A stretch of DNA of 49,398 nucleotides from Clostridiales bacterium (GCA_022508325.1 JAFLVL010000004.1:1-49398); one strand, 5' to 3'. Positions 9,481 to 21,130 are shown, numbered from the stretch's first letter. Translations and numbers: made by a program. The notes: generated by a model from the sequence alone, not told the origin.

Positions 9481-10503
9481 TCAAACGGATGTATTGACTA
9501 TTTTTGAATAACTATTTTCAATTTCATTCACCACTTCGTCGAGGGCGTTGCGCGCCTCGGGAATGGGGTATATCTGATAAACGTGGTTCATGCCCCGCCC
9601 GACGGTGAATTTGACGTGGGCTTTTTCCTTCATCATCTCGTAAAGCTTACACAAGTCGGGGTAGAGAATTTCTCTATCGCCGCTGTACAAAATTATCTCG
9701 CCAAGCTTGTCCATAGCTCCGTATATGGGACTGATTCGCGGGTCTGTCAAACTCATATCTGCCGCCCACACCTTTGCCCAGATTCGCTCGGACGATGCGT
9801 TAATCAGCGGGTCGACCTTTTGATACTCTTCAATCTCGAGGTTAGACAGGGTTAAATCCACCCAAGGCGAGAAAAGTATTGTTTTACACGGTTGCTTATA
9901 ACCCAATTCGCCCCAATACTCCACTAGCGCCAAAGCCAAGCCGCCACCCGACGAATCGCCCATGAGCACTATCTCACCGTACTTGTCGCAAAGCTCCAAA
10001 TATAGCTTGGTCAACAGTTCAAACGCCTCGTTTGGTTGATGATTGGGAGCCTTTGGGTAAATGGGAACTATTACGTTGCCGACACGCGACGCCAGTTTGT
10101 TGATATATTTCCAATGGTAAATTCGCGGTTGCCGAACGTAGCCGCCGCCGTGTAGATAGACCACGGCTCTGTCTGTTCTGCCATTAATATTGACACACAC
10201 CACCGTCATGCCGTGATAGTCAACACTCTGTTGCTTGCGTGAACGCCCGCGCCTCGGCACAACGTAGGGTACGTCGTTTACAAGAGGCAAATATTTGATG
10301 TCGGCTGTCACTTGACTGTCACTCTTGTGGCGGACGGTCAAACGAAAGTAGAATGCAACCAGACTAGCCATCATCGAGCGGTGATACACCTTGCGCGACA
10401 CTATCGCAAGCGCGATTAAACAGATTGCCACAGCTCCCGCAACGGAGGACGATACGATTGCAAAAAGTCTCCATTTCATAAATTTTTTCCTTAGTTTTTC
10501 CAC
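9481..10503 (-). CDS. alpha/beta hydrolase (HSL-family esterase/lipase) with N-terminal TM
   Basis: HGGGY oxyanion loop, GDSSGG nucleophile elbow, SPWVDL, C-terminal His (MNHVY). Confidence 0.9.
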   Translation of the reverse strand: MEKLRKKFMKWRLFAIVSSSVAGAVAICLIALAIVSRKVYHRSMMASLVAFYFRLTVRHKSDSQVTADIKYLPLVNDVPYVVPRRGRSRKQQSVDYHGMTVVCVNINGRTDRAVVYLHGGGYVRQPRIYHWKYINKLASRVGNVIVPIYPKAPNHQPNEAFELLTKLYLELCDKYGEIVLMGDSSGGGLALALVEYWGELGYKQPCKTILFSPWVDLTLSNLEIEEYQKVDPLINASSERIWAKVWAADMSLTDPRISPIYGAMDKLGEIILYSGDREILYPDLCKLYEMMKEKAHVKFTVGRGMNHVYQIYPIPEARNALDEVVNEIENSYSKIVNTSV

Positions 10504-10550
10504 CTTGGGCGAGAAAAATCTTACTTTATTTGGAAAAGCTACGATTTTTG

Positions 10551-13500
10551 TTACATTTTGATAAGCTTGTTGTCCGCAATTGACAAAACGTAGGTTTCTA
10601 CGTCGGCAATACCCATTATGCGCTCAACTGCCAGCTTGTAGCTATTGAGCTGCATAGTGTAGCGCTCCTCCACCAGGTCACTGCGCGAAGTGTACTTGAA
10701 GTCAATCACCACTGCGCTGTCTTTCTTTATCACGAGCAGGTCAATCACACCCTGCAACATAACCTCGTCGTTAAAACGTTTGTCTTTGGCTACTTGACTG
10801 TACGGCGCGCTGAGCATGAAGGGAATTTCGTGGTACACCTTGCCACCGTCCAGCAACGCCAGTAGCTCCTGGTTATGCAACGTTTCGAACACCAAATCGA
10901 CGTCAATTTGCTCGGCAAATCTTTGTTCGACTTTTCCACTTGCCACCAGTTCGTCGAGAGTTTGCCGTATCTGCTCGACAGTCGCGTCATACGACACGTA
11001 TTGATACAGCTTGTGATACGCCGTTCCCACGAAATTGCGGTCATTATCGGCGCTCAACGTGAACTCCTCTCGCGGTTCGTCGGTCAAATCTATATACTCT
11101 TTATCGAGAGCCGAACTGACGATTTTAGACGGCATCTGCGTCTCATTCCTATATTGATAAACGTAGCTTAGCTGACGCTCGATAGAGGCGGCGTCCACCT
11201 TTGTTTTGTCGATTAATTCTACATTCTTTTCTTGCGGCGATTGTTCATCGAACGTAGGCGGAATGTTGATGTCCAGTCCTTTCACCTTGTCTGTGTCGCG
11301 AAGCTCCAGTACCGTTGGCAACAGCCAATCGAGGTGGGAAGATGCGCGGTTGGGCAAAGTGGGGAATGCTTTGAGATCTGCCTCACTTACGGTAGCCACG
11401 ATATTCAAAAGATACTTCGCGCGGGTCAACGCAACGTAGAGCAGACGCATTTCTTCCTCGCGTTGCTTGTTGTGATTGACCAGGCGCGCGGCGTAAAATT
11501 CCAGCGTTTCAGCTTTCTTCATATCGTCGAAATCGTAGTAGCGAGTGGCTAATCCCAAATCGCTATTTTGCTCTACTGCGTAGTAGTCGAATTTGATAGG
11601 TGACTCAACGCCCGCGACGAACACGATGGGGAATTCCAGACCTTTAGACGCGTGCATAGTCATGATTCTCACAGCGCCGCTTTGGCTCAGTCCTTCATCT
11701 GCGCGACTGTTCTCCGTCTCGTCGATATATGACAAAAATTTATCTATCGACTGCGCGTAACTTGCGCCATTGAGACTGTCGATAAATGCGTACAATTTTC
11801 TGATTCTGAGCGCGCCGTTGGGTAGTCCCTGAACGTACAAATGATAGTTGGTTTTTTGCAGAACACGCAATGAGACTTCGTCTACGCTTGCGCTCCTCGA
11901 ATAGAACCGCAAATCGTCCAAAAAGTTCAAAAACTGTCGAATTTTCCACCCCAGTTCGCGTTTTTTCTCACCCCAGGTGGAATTTTCGCCATTTTTTGCA
12001 TATTCCAGCAATCGCTTATAGAATGGAATGCGACCCTTTGTATCCAGGCGAATATTGCCCAACTCCGCTTCTGTGAATCCTCCCAATGGAGACAGACACG
12101 CGCCCACGATACTGACGTCGTTGTAGGGGTTGTCAAGCACTCTGAAAAGGTTGACCAAATCCTTGATTTCCTTGGTCGACAGACCGTCGGCGTTGAAGTT
12201 GGCAGTTGCGGGAATATTGTTTGCGACGATGGCGTTGTATACGTCCAATGCCTTGTCCTTCATGCCTCGCATAAGTATTACTATGTCTCCGTAATTTATA
12301 TGCTTGGTTACCTTTACTTTCTCGCCATGTTCGTTTTTTTCTTCGACGGTATACGCCTTGCCGACGTACTCTTTTATACGCCGCGCAATCAATTCGCCTT
12401 GGCTCATTTCGGCGGGTTTTTCGGGGGTGGCGGTTATGTCGTAAATGTCGTCAATCTGTCTCTGTTCGCTGTCATGAGTTACCAAAACATCTACCCTTGT
12501 AGAAGGCGTGGAAAGGGTCGGCTGAGTAGGACCTTTGAGCTGAGCAGTAACTCTGTAATCTACCTTGCCGAAGTCATTCGTCATCACACGATTGAACACG
12601 AAGTTTACAAAATCCAGTATCTCGGTATTGGTACGAAAGTTGTCGTTCAACTCCTCGACGCGTCCCTTGTCCGTAGCTTTGTAGTCGCTGTATTTGTCTG
12701 TGAATATCGACGGTTCGCAACCGCGGAATCCGTAAATGGACTGCTTGACGTCGCCCACCATAAACAGATTGTCGGGCGAAGAAATCGCCCTTACTATCGC
12801 CTCTTGAATGGGGTTTGTGTCTTGGTATTCGTCTACAAAAATATACCTATATCTACTGCGAATCTCCATGCGCGTAGCGTCGTCGTCAAGTAACTTCAAG
12901 CAGAGATGCTCCAAATCGTCATAGTCCACTCCACCGCGCTGTTTCTTCGCTTCGAAATACGCCTCGTCAAATCTCACAACAATCTCCGCCAGCTTGCCGG
13001 TATATGCCTGCGCGCGTCTGTTTTCCTCCCAGAGCGTCGACAGTGTTTCTCCGTTTTGAACACGAAACAGGGCTGCATACTTTCTCCTGTATTCCGTCAA
13101 CTTATCTCTTAGCTTTACGTACTGCGCGCGAATCTGTTCCTCAACTTCCGTCATGGGAACGGAATCGTCCTTTGGCGGCATGGTCTTAAATTTGTAATTG
13201 GTGAGACCGTGAATGGCGTCCTCCAAATTATCTAGCTTTATGTCGTTCAACACGTCGGCGTTATGCTCTAATACCGCCGTGATTTTCGTCAGCCCTTCGT
13301 CGCGACTGTTGTCGGCAAGCCGGACCAAATTTCGGTGATAGTACTTCACCATCTGTGACACGTCGTCAAGAATCGTCCTTATTATTGGGTTGTTCTCGCT
13401 GTAATTGAGAAAATTCTCTTTTTTCTCACCGTACCACTGCCCGAAATTCTCCAAACAGCGCGAGAATGAATACAGGCGCAGAATAATTTTTCTGAAGTTC

Positions 13501-13991
13501 TCCTCTTTCCTCTTGCTGGAGAAAATCTTGTAAACCTGCCTAAAAACCTCGTCGTCTTGCGAAAAATATTCCTGAAAAAGGGTGTCTAAAACGTTGCTTT
13601 TGATAGTAGACACGGTCGCGTCGTCCAGTATTGCAAAAGCAGGGTCAATATCCAGAACGTAAAAATAATTGCGCAAAAGCTCGCTGCAAAAAGAGTGCAA
13701 CGTGCAAATACTAGCCGAATCTATATTCTCCAATGCTTCCACAACGCGCGGATTATTGCGCTTTTTCGACAGTTTCTCCGCAAGGCGCGCCTTCATTTGG
13801 GCGGCGGCAAGGTTAGTGAAGGTCACTACTACCATTTCGTCGACCTTCTCTCCCTCTTCAATCAGCGCGGCTATTCGCTCAATCATTACGGTGGTTTTGC
13901 CCGTGCCTGCCGATGCGGAAACGAGCATATTTTTACCGCGAAAACTTATTACGTTTTGCTGCGATGGGGTGTATTTTACTTCATTACTCAT
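10551..13991 (-). CDS. addA: ATP-dependent helicase/nuclease subunit A
   Basis: SASAGTGKT, VDEYQD, VGDVKQSIYGFRG, TMHASKGLEF, YVALTRA, QGVIDL..IDFK nuclease. Confidence 0.95.
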   Translation of the reverse strand: MSNEVKYTPSQQNVISFRGKNMLVSASAGTGKTTVMIERIAALIEEGEKVDEMVVVTFTNLAAAQMKARLAEKLSKKRNNPRVVEALENIDSASICTLHSFCSELLRNYFYVLDIDPAFAILDDATVSTIKSNVLDTLFQEYFSQDDEVFRQVYKIFSSKRKEENFRKIILRLYSFSRCLENFGQWYGEKKENFLNYSENNPIIRTILDDVSQMVKYYHRNLVRLADNSRDEGLTKITAVLEHNADVLNDIKLDNLEDAIHGLTNYKFKTMPPKDDSVPMTEVEEQIRAQYVKLRDKLTEYRRKYAALFRVQNGETLSTLWEENRRAQAYTGKLAEIVVRFDEAYFEAKKQRGGVDYDDLEHLCLKLLDDDATRMEIRSRYRYIFVDEYQDTNPIQEAIVRAISSPDNLFMVGDVKQSIYGFRGCEPSIFTDKYSDYKATDKGRVEELNDNFRTNTEILDFVNFVFNRVMTNDFGKVDYRVTAQLKGPTQPTLSTPSTRVDVLVTHDSEQRQIDDIYDITATPEKPAEMSQGELIARRIKEYVGKAYTVEEKNEHGEKVKVTKHINYGDIVILMRGMKDKALDVYNAIVANNIPATANFNADGLSTKEIKDLVNLFRVLDNPYNDVSIVGACLSPLGGFTEAELGNIRLDTKGRIPFYKRLLEYAKNGENSTWGEKKRELGWKIRQFLNFLDDLRFYSRSASVDEVSLRVLQKTNYHLYVQGLPNGALRIRKLYAFIDSLNGASYAQSIDKFLSYIDETENSRADEGLSQSGAVRIMTMHASKGLEFPIVFVAGVESPIKFDYYAVEQNSDLGLATRYYDFDDMKKAETLEFYAARLVNHNKQREEEMRLLYVALTRAKYLLNIVATVSEADLKAFPTLPNRASSHLDWLLPTVLELRDTDKVKGLDINIPPTFDEQSPQEKNVELIDKTKVDAASIERQLSYVYQYRNETQMPSKIVSSALDKEYIDLTDEPREEFTLSADNDRNFVGTAYHKLYQYVSYDATVEQIRQTLDELVASGKVEQRFAEQIDVDLVFETLHNQELLALLDGGKVYHEIPFMLSAPYSQVAKDKRFNDEVMLQGVIDLLVIKKDSAVVIDFKYTSRSDLVEERYTMQLNSYKLAVERIMGIADVETYVLSIADNKLIKM

Positions 13992-16900
13992 TTTTTCACC
14001 GTTTTGTCTATCGTAGTCTTGTCAACGACAACGTTTTTCAAGTCTCGCGGTTCGTGTGTATACACGTCGCCGAAATCGCAAATCGAGCGGTAGTCGCAGA
14101 ACTCGCACATTTTCTCAAAGGGATTGACTGCCGCGTAGCCCTTATGCATTAGCTCTCCCGCGCGCGCAATGAGCTTGTATGCGTATTCCGTCTGGTTGTC
14201 AAATTGCTCCGCAGTCAACATTTTGTTATCTCTGTCCTGTTTGTGAACAGCATTGTCTTTTGTCAAACGCAAAGAAAGCTTCTCGCTCTTGCCGCTACTC
14301 CAAGAGGTATCTATTGCGCGAGCCACGTCGACGTCATCGAGCGTTCTACCGTTGTAGGTATAGACGACATTTTCGTTTAGGTCGGTAAAATTGTCGTGCA
14401 TATTGAAGTAATAGAACCCCGCGGGACGCATTTTGCCGTTGCCCGAGTCCAATTTGAGACTGTCCTTGACAGCCTTGACGTAGACAAGCAACTGCATTTT
14501 TTGTCCGTCGTAAAGGTACTTCTCGCTATAAGACGCCGCCTCCGCGCCACTCTTGTAGTCTACCACTATGAACAGGTTGTCCTTGGTTTTGTCCTTGGCA
14601 GGCAGTACGTCAACGCGATCGACTACGCCCTTCAAGTAGAACTCACCGCCGTCAAACGCTACGACTACGGCAGGCAGTGACTTGGCGTTTTCAGTTTCAT
14701 CTCCGTCGTCAATTTTTCCATCAGACGGACGGGTTTCACTGCCGAAATTTAATTCCGCGGCATAATTTTTGAACTCGGAATTGCGCAACTGTTGCTTGGT
14801 CACCTTGCACATACGCGCGGCTTCGGCTTTGAGCTGCATCAATACGCCTTCCATTTGACGGTCGGTTCTCATTCCCTTGTAGAAATCTTCCGAAAGAGCC
14901 TTTTCGAACCACTCGTACGCCTTCTCCCTAGTGTTAGCGTCATCCTCGTCCAAATCTATATTTTTCACATATTTTTCCAATACAAAGTGAAGAATCGTAC
15001 CCAAATCGGCAGATTTCAGCTCGGCAATAGGGCGCGGTTGCACGTTTAGCCCATAGTGAAAATAGAAACTGTACGGACACTTGAAAAACGTCGTCAACTG
15101 AGACACGCTGGTAGCGGATTTTTTTAGGTACAGCTCGCCGCCGCGTTCCACCATAACAGCCTTTCCGTCCTTATTAAAGGCGTATTTTTTCGCCTCGTTT
15201 TTGTATTTTTCACGCAAAAACTCGTATAAAGGCAGCGTTGCCGCCTGCTTGTCCTTTACGCGCCTGTCGTAGAGCACGAGCTTTTCTATCGCCTGTTTCT
15301 TGGTGTAAACGCCGTCATCCGTAACGCTAGACGGTCTCAACGGAGCGTTCCCGATTTGGAAAAGCTCGGCAAATTCTGCAATGAAGGGCGATGGCAAAAG
15401 ACTGTCTGCGCCGTCCGCCGTCGTGTAAGAAACGTATAGCTTTTCTGTTGGCTCCAATAGCAGTTGAAACAGACTGAACCGCTCGCGCTTGTTCTCAACT
15501 TGAATTCGAGGCTCGACGTTTATGCCCGCTCTGACCAACTCTTCTATATTTCTGTCTGAGAGTAGCTTGCAGTCATTTTTAACTATGGGCATCGCGCCTT
15601 GGTTTGCGCCCAGCAATGCCAGAAATTTAATATCGTGCTTGCGCGCCTTCGCCATGTTGGCAAATACCACGCAATCGTTGTAGACGGGAATGACGGAGAC
15701 TTTCACAGAAGCCACGCCTGCCGTAAACAGCTTAATAAATTCGTCCAGCTTGACGAATTTGTCCCCCATTACATTTGCCGCCTGCAATAACACGCTTTCC
15801 AGCTTTTCTTGAGCTTGCGAGGTCACTTTTGCCTCAAATTCCAACCCCATGTCGCGTTGTTGGGTAGCAAAACTTGCATTTTTATCAGCTAATTTGGCAT
15901 AATCGATCAGATTGCGAATAACCGTCAAATACTCGTTGACCGTCGCGCCGTCGGGGACATGGTTGCTCCTATACAGCTCGTAAAAACGCTGTCTGAACGC
16001 GTCCGCTTGCGAATAGAATGGCTCGTCCTTGCCGAGATTGAAGCCTTTATAGCTATAGTTTACGTTGTATTTCAAACAGTAATTTTCAAACAAAAACACG
16101 TCGTCAGAGGGCTTTTTCCCATCAAAATTGCCGCAAAAGAGGTAATTTTTGACAAAGGGCAGCACAAAAGACAGCTTGGCGTTGTTCCTGTACAGCGTCA
16201 GATAATCGATTACAAACCGCGCGTAGGGGTGGTCGGACAGAACGAACTGCCTATCGCAAAAATAAGGAATTTCAAACTGTGAAAAAACCATCGATATGGC
16301 GTTAGAATACTTATCAACGTCACTCGTCACCACGTAAACGTCCTTGAAGCGTCCTCCTGCGCGAACGTGCTTTTGAATTCGGCAAGCTAGCGCGTAAACC
16401 TCGTTGACGCGAGTCGAACCCTCGAAAATTTCCACGAAATCGCCACCTGGGGTGGGGATTTTGTCGTCGTAACGGTACAAATTCTCACCGATTTGCCTTG
16501 CGTATTCGTGAGGATAGTCCCTTTTACCCTTGACGGTATTTGGCGTCAGATTGTTGCGCTTACAAATATTTATAATTCCTTGATAAATGTCGTCAAGATA
16601 GAGGTGTCTGTCGCGCGCCCCATTGCCTACACAGCACGCCACCGTAACTCCACGACTTTTCAGCGCTAGTTGTTCAATGATAGAAAGCTCCTGCGCGGTG
16701 AAGTTGTCAAAGTCGTACAGATAGTAGTAGCCGTTCGCCGCTACGTCGGTCGTCGCAATCTCTTCACACAACAAATCCAGCTTGTCCGCCGAATCTATAA
16801 AACGACCCTCGGTATAGTCGCAATACGCCTGATAAAGCAACGCTATATCGCGAGCTTTGCCGGCAACGCTCTTGGGCAGCTCGGCTTTCATCAGGTCTTT

Positions 16901-17284
16901 GGGCGAGATTTTGCAATACTTCATCATAGAAATGACGTCGTACATATCTTCAACGAACCCGGGGGTTTCCACACCCTTGACGTAGCAGGTGAGATTGGCC
17001 TTATTCTCCTTGATTATCATGGAGAGAGCCATCACCCCAGCTTGCTTGGAGAGATAGTCGTATTTGGGTAAAATATCGGAGGCAAGTCTGCGGAAGGTCT
17101 TGACTTGCGCGTTGAAACTTCCGCCAATCGCTTTGAGCAAAGCGCGCTCTGCCTCAAGAGATGCGCGGTCGGGGACGATGACTGTGTGTGTTATCGACAG
17201 ATTAGTCTTATCCACCCTTTTTATCACGTCCATCACGTACTTCGCCGCATTCGCCATTGAATTGGATTCGTATATAGTAATCAT
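13988..17284 (-). CDS. addB: ATP-dependent helicase/nuclease subunit B
   Basis: VPDR, CPYSFY, GVVDRVD, VDYKSG, CEFCDYRSIC Fe-S ligands; overlaps the addA start. Confidence 0.93.
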   Translation of the reverse strand: MITIYESNSMANAAKYVMDVIKRVDKTNLSITHTVIVPDRASLEAERALLKAIGGSFNAQVKTFRRLASDILPKYDYLSKQAGVMALSMIIKENKANLTCYVKGVETPGFVEDMYDVISMMKYCKISPKDLMKAELPKSVAGKARDIALLYQAYCDYTEGRFIDSADKLDLLCEEIATTDVAANGYYYLYDFDNFTAQELSIIEQLALKSRGVTVACCVGNGARDRHLYLDDIYQGIINICKRNNLTPNTVKGKRDYPHEYARQIGENLYRYDDKIPTPGGDFVEIFEGSTRVNEVYALACRIQKHVRAGGRFKDVYVVTSDVDKYSNAISMVFSQFEIPYFCDRQFVLSDHPYARFVIDYLTLYRNNAKLSFVLPFVKNYLFCGNFDGKKPSDDVFLFENYCLKYNVNYSYKGFNLGKDEPFYSQADAFRQRFYELYRSNHVPDGATVNEYLTVIRNLIDYAKLADKNASFATQQRDMGLEFEAKVTSQAQEKLESVLLQAANVMGDKFVKLDEFIKLFTAGVASVKVSVIPVYNDCVVFANMAKARKHDIKFLALLGANQGAMPIVKNDCKLLSDRNIEELVRAGINVEPRIQVENKRERFSLFQLLLEPTEKLYVSYTTADGADSLLPSPFIAEFAELFQIGNAPLRPSSVTDDGVYTKKQAIEKLVLYDRRVKDKQAATLPLYEFLREKYKNEAKKYAFNKDGKAVMVERGGELYLKKSATSVSQLTTFFKCPYSFYFHYGLNVQPRPIAELKSADLGTILHFVLEKYVKNIDLDEDDANTREKAYEWFEKALSEDFYKGMRTDRQMEGVLMQLKAEAARMCKVTKQQLRNSEFKNYAAELNFGSETRPSDGKIDDGDETENAKSLPAVVVAFDGGEFYLKGVVDRVDVLPAKDKTKDNLFIVVDYKSGAEAASYSEKYLYDGQKMQLLVYVKAVKDSLKLDSGNGKMRPAGFYYFNMHDNFTDLNENVVYTYNGRTLDDVDVARAIDTSWSSGKSEKLSLRLTKDNAVHKQDRDNKMLTAEQFDNQTEYAYKLIARAGELMHKGYAAVNPFEKMCEFCDYRSICDFGDVYTHEPRDLKNVVVDKTTIDKTVKK

Positions 17285-17291
17285 AAATTAC

Positions 17292-17300
17292 ATTATATCA
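17292..17300 (-). promoter_or_regulatory. extended -10 promoter, leaderless addB
   Basis: TGA-TATAAT 7 nt upstream of the ATG; no SD. Confidence 0.65.
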
Positions 17301-17390
17301 TATATCGACAAAGAAAACTATAGTTTTTGTTATGAAGTTCGCCTCGGTTTAAACTATCGTCTCCTTATATCAGGGCTTTAGAAATAACAG

Positions 17391-17419
17391 TTGGCAACAT
17401 TGAATTAATGTGATATAAT
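17391..17419 (+). promoter_or_regulatory. sigma-A promoter
   Basis: TTGGCA-17 bp-(TGA)TATAAT. Confidence 0.65.
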
Positions 17420-17471
17420 ATTCAATTAGTAAACATTATCTTCGCGAACGCGAATTTGTAACGGAGACAAT

Positions 17472-18638
17472 ATGAAAAAGAAAATTGCATTGCTACTACT
17501 TTTGATGTTAGCATTAACTACGGTTCTGGCGGCGTGTACCCAAGCCGAGGCAACCAAAATTGTTCCGCGGTGGGACGAGAAGATCGTCGAAACCTACGAA
17601 TATACCGTAACGTTAGCCGACTTTAACTTAACCGACGAGGGAAGTATAGGTAGTCCTCACTTCCGCACCTACGACAGCAATGATGGAACGTACTACAAGG
17701 ACTTCGACGTCCGCGCGGGCGAACCATTTGATGTTCAAGACGAAGTTTGTCCAACAGCCGTTAGCGGAACGCTCACCCTGACGATAAGCCACCCCGACGA
17801 CGAATACGACTTATTACGGACAAAACAGGAACTGAAACTTACCTACGACAACAAAGACGGTAACCTGATTGACAAAGCGGTTTTGGACGTACTGCAAAAG
17901 AAAGGTCTAGTCGTAGCAAACAGCGGCAACTCCATCACTCTCAAATCTACCACCGAAACAACTGTTGAATTCAGACACAAGGAAAACCAAGCCCCCAGAA
18001 AGTCAAGCACGAAGGTCGAAGGCTTCTATTTGGGCAAGGTTCATCAGGAAGTTTCCATCTACGAAGTTGAAACGGAATACACTTACGAAGGCAAAAACAC
18101 TATCGTCTCAACAACCCTCACGCAATACGACGAAACGATGGATACCGACAAAACAACGGAATTTGAAAATACGTTGAAGCGTCGCACTGAAGGCTCATTC
18201 ATCGACAGCAATCAACTGTTCACCTACGCACGTAGCCTCGACAAGTCGTCGACAAGTTTCCAGAACAGCCCCAGTGTCTCTGTATACAACCCATTTAATC
18301 AATCGATACAAACGGCAAACTTTGCATTCACCTATTCAAACAATGCTATATTGACAGACGCAACGCGCGGTGAGCTCTACACAAAGTTACCGACTCTTGG
18401 CATAATAGTTGACGGAATGGCATTCATGCTTCAGGAAAGTGTACCCAATTTGAAAGAGAAATTGCCAGACCGATTTGATAATTACGGTTACGGTCCTGAC
18501 AGCACGTACTACGGTCAAGTTGCGTACGCAAAGCACACACCGGTCCGTTTCCGCGCAGGTTACATTTCATACGAATTGACACACTACGAGGATGACATTT
18601 GGAACGCTCTGAAAGCCCTTGTAAGCAGCGAGAAATAG
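17472..18638 (+). CDS. hypothetical lipoprotein
   Basis: MKKK plus hydrophobic core and LAAC lipobox; GGAG SD. Confidence 0.85.
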   Translation: MKKKIALLLLLMLALTTVLAACTQAEATKIVPRWDEKIVETYEYTVTLADFNLTDEGSIGSPHFRTYDSNDGTYYKDFDVRAGEPFDVQDEVCPTAVSGTLTLTISHPDDEYDLLRTKQELKLTYDNKDGNLIDKAVLDVLQKKGLVVANSGNSITLKSTTETTVEFRHKENQAPRKSSTKVEGFYLGKVHQEVSIYEVETEYTYEGKNTIVSTTLTQYDETMDTDKTTEFENTLKRRTEGSFIDSNQLFTYARSLDKSSTSFQNSPSVSVYNPFNQSIQTANFAFTYSNNAILTDATRGELYTKLPTLGIIVDGMAFMLQESVPNLKEKLPDRFDNYGYGPDSTYYGQVAYAKHTPVRFRAGYISYELTHYEDDIWNALKALVSSEK

Positions 18639-18668
18639 CAAGATTTTTCCACCCCATATCAAAATATT

Positions 18669-18702
18669 AAAAAAATGCCTCTTGTAAAAGAGGCATTTTT
18701 TT
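18669..18702. terminator. bidirectional terminator
   Basis: AAAAAAATGCCTCTT-gtaa-AAGAGGCATTTTTTT. Confidence 0.85.
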
Positions 18703-18712
18703 GTTTACTTTG

Positions 18713-20686
18713 TTAATTTTGGGGATCTTTTGAACCGTCGTCGCCGATCGGGTTTTCTACGCCTTGCGACTCTTCTACGGGCGCGGTCGGCGTCTGATTT
18801 GTAGGTTCAACGCGTCTCGTATTTGAGTCCAATTCGCTCTCGCGTTGATCCATAAACGCTATGACTTCTTCTACCGATTTGCCCTGCATCAGCATGTCAA
18901 CTTCCTCGGTGTGAATGGTTTCTTTTTCCACCAGCACACGCGCCATATTGTGCAGTACGTTGATCTTTTCCGTAAGAATTTCCGTTGCGCGCTTGTGACA
19001 GTTCTCCACTATTGCGCGAACTTCTTCGTCGATGATATTGGCGATTTCATCGGAATAGCTCTTTTCCGTTTGATAATTTTTACCCACGAAGACTTCGCCT
19101 TCACTGCCATAGAACAACGGTCCTATGCGTTCGCTCATACCCCATTCGGTGACCATTCTATGAGCTCTTTCCGTCAGCTGTTTGATATCTCCGCTTGCGC
19201 CACTGCTGATATTTTTAATAATTAACTCTTCGGCAACTCTGCCGCCCAGCGTCATCGTAATATCGTCCAACAGCTGTTGTTTGGTGACGTGATTGTTGTC
19301 ATTCTCGGGGCGAGTCATCGTGTAGCCTGCCGCCATTCCGCGAGGAATAATCGTTACTTCGTGAACAGGATCGCAGTACTTCAAGCTGCAAGCAAGGATT
19401 GCGTGTCCCGATTCGTGGTATGCCGTGATTCGTTTGTCGGGTTCGGTCACAAGGCGGGATTTCTTCTGCGGTCCCATAATAACCTTATTTATACCCTCGT
19501 TGACATCCGCCATCGTGATTACGCGTCTACCTGCGCGAACCGCAAGTATTGCCGCTTCGTTCAAAAGGTTTTCAAGATCTGCGCCGGTAAAACCTGCCGT
19601 TATGCGAGCAACCGTACGGAAATTCACGTCTTGACCAATGGGCTTTTTGCGAGCGTGAACCTTCAAGATTGCCTCTCTGCCGCGCACGTCAGGACGATTG
19701 ACGTATATTTGCCTGTCAAAACGTCCGGGACGAAGCAAAGCAGGGTCGAGTATGTCCGCGCGGTTGGTTGCAGCCATAACAATTATGCTCGTGCTCGTCT
19801 CGAAACCGTCCATTTCCACAAGTAATTGGTTCAACGTTTGCTCTCTTTCGTCGTGTCCGCCGCCCAATCCTGCGCCGCGTTGACGTCCTACTGCGTCAAT
19901 TTCGTCTATGAAAATAATGCACGGCATGTTTTTCTTCGCCTGATCGAACAAATCGCGCACACGGCTTGCGCCGACACCTACGAACATTTCCACGAAGTCC
20001 GAACCGCTCATAGAGAAGAAGGGCACACCCGCCTCGCCTGCAACGGCTTTGGCGAAAAGCGTTTTACCTGTTCCCGGAGGACCCACGAGCAACACACCCT
20101 TGGGGATACGCGCGCCCATATCGTTGAATTTTTTCGGGTCTTTCAAGAAATCGATAATTTCTTGCAATTCTTCCTTTTCCTCTTCCGCTCCTGCGACGTC
20201 TGTGAAACGCACCTTAGAATTCTGCACTACGCGCGCCTTCGAGCGACCAAAATCAATATTTTGGTTGTTTTGACGGGCGATTTGACGGAACAGTATCACG
20301 CCCATCAATATCAGCAGTCCTATCCACAGCACCGGCACGATGTAGTCCGTCCAGCTAGTGGCGTTGGGGTCGGCTACGTAGTAGTTGTTTCCCTTGTTGA
20401 GCTCACTGCTGGGATTAGCCTCCAAATACTCTTGAATTGCGGCATCGAACTGCGCTCTGTCTACGACGACACAGGTGTCCTTGGCGCCGTTAGCGCGTAC
20501 GCCGGTAACCTTATAAATACTAAGCGTAACCTTCACGTACTCGCCGCTGTTCAGATTTTGCTTGAACTGATATTCGTTAATTTCCGAAGCGTTGTTGCCG
20601 AGGAATGCCCATAGCACAACAAAAATCACTATGACCAACGCGACGGCAATTATCGCATAAATTATACTTTTTCGTTTTTGATCCAA
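18713..20686 (-). CDS. ftsH: ATP-dependent zinc metalloprotease FtsH
   Basis: 2 [23 protein letters not shown]; TTG start with AAGGAG SD. Confidence 0.97.
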   Translation of the reverse strand: MDQKRKSIIYAIIAVALVIVIFVVLWAFLGNNASEINEYQFKQNLNSGEYVKVTLSIYKVTGVRANGAKDTCVVVDRAQFDAAIQEYLEANPSSELNKGNNYYVADPNATSWTDYIVPVLWIGLLILMGVILFRQIARQNNQNIDFGRSKARVVQNSKVRFTDVAGAEEEKEELQEIIDFLKDPKKFNDMGARIPKGVLLVGPPGTGKTLFAKAVAGEAGVPFFSMSGSDFVEMFVGVGASRVRDLFDQAKKNMPCIIFIDEIDAVGRQRGAGLGGGHDEREQTLNQLLVEMDGFETSTSIIVMAATNRADILDPALLRPGRFDRQIYVNRPDVRGREAILKVHARKKPIGQDVNFRTVARITAGFTGADLENLLNEAAILAVRAGRRVITMADVNEGINKVIMGPQKKSRLVTEPDKRITAYHESGHAILACSLKYCDPVHEVTIIPRGMAAGYTMTRPENDNNHVTKQQLLDDITMTLGGRVAEELIIKNISSGASGDIKQLTERAHRMVTEWGMSERIGPLFYGSEGEVFVGKNYQTEKSYSDEIANIIDEEVRAIVENCHKRATEILTEKINVLHNMARVLVEKETIHTEEVDMLMQGKSVEEVIAFMDQRESELDSNTRRVEPTNQTPTAPVEESQGVENPIGDDGSKDPQN

Positions 20687-20804
20687 AATAGTTCTCCTTT
20701 ACACCCTGCCAAGTCGAGCCGCGGGGCCGACTTTGTAATTAGCCTTTGTTTGAAACAGCGCAACGGCAGAGAGTTCTGTCCGTGCGCATATTGATACGGA
20801 TTGT

Positions 20805-20833
20805 ATTTTAACATATAATATTAACTATGTCAA
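20805..20833 (-). promoter_or_regulatory. sigma-A promoter of ftsH
   Basis: TTGACA-17 bp-(TGT)TAAAAT. Confidence 0.75.
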
Positions 20834-21130
20834 ATATTACTATACCACCTGTGCCACGCGTTGCCGCCACCGACGTGTGCCGCGCCATGTTCGTTCGCAA
20901 GATTTTGCGAAGCATAAAGTCTAGCTCAAAACCTTGCTTTCTACCTAGATAGAAGTTTCGCGAATTCAGCTGATATTAGGCCGAATTTTGTCGAAGGAAC
21001 AGACAATGCGATGAGGAAAATTTGTGCTTGAAAAATGCAAATTCGAGAGCAAGCTTACTGATAATTTTTTTCTTTTTCTTAGCGCAATTCTAAGTTGTAA
21101 TTCGTATACAAAACCAACTATTTCAATTGA

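Noticed and set aside
19826-20614. 262-aa ORF antisense to ftsH
   Set aside because: Typical antisense shadow of an AAA+ gene.
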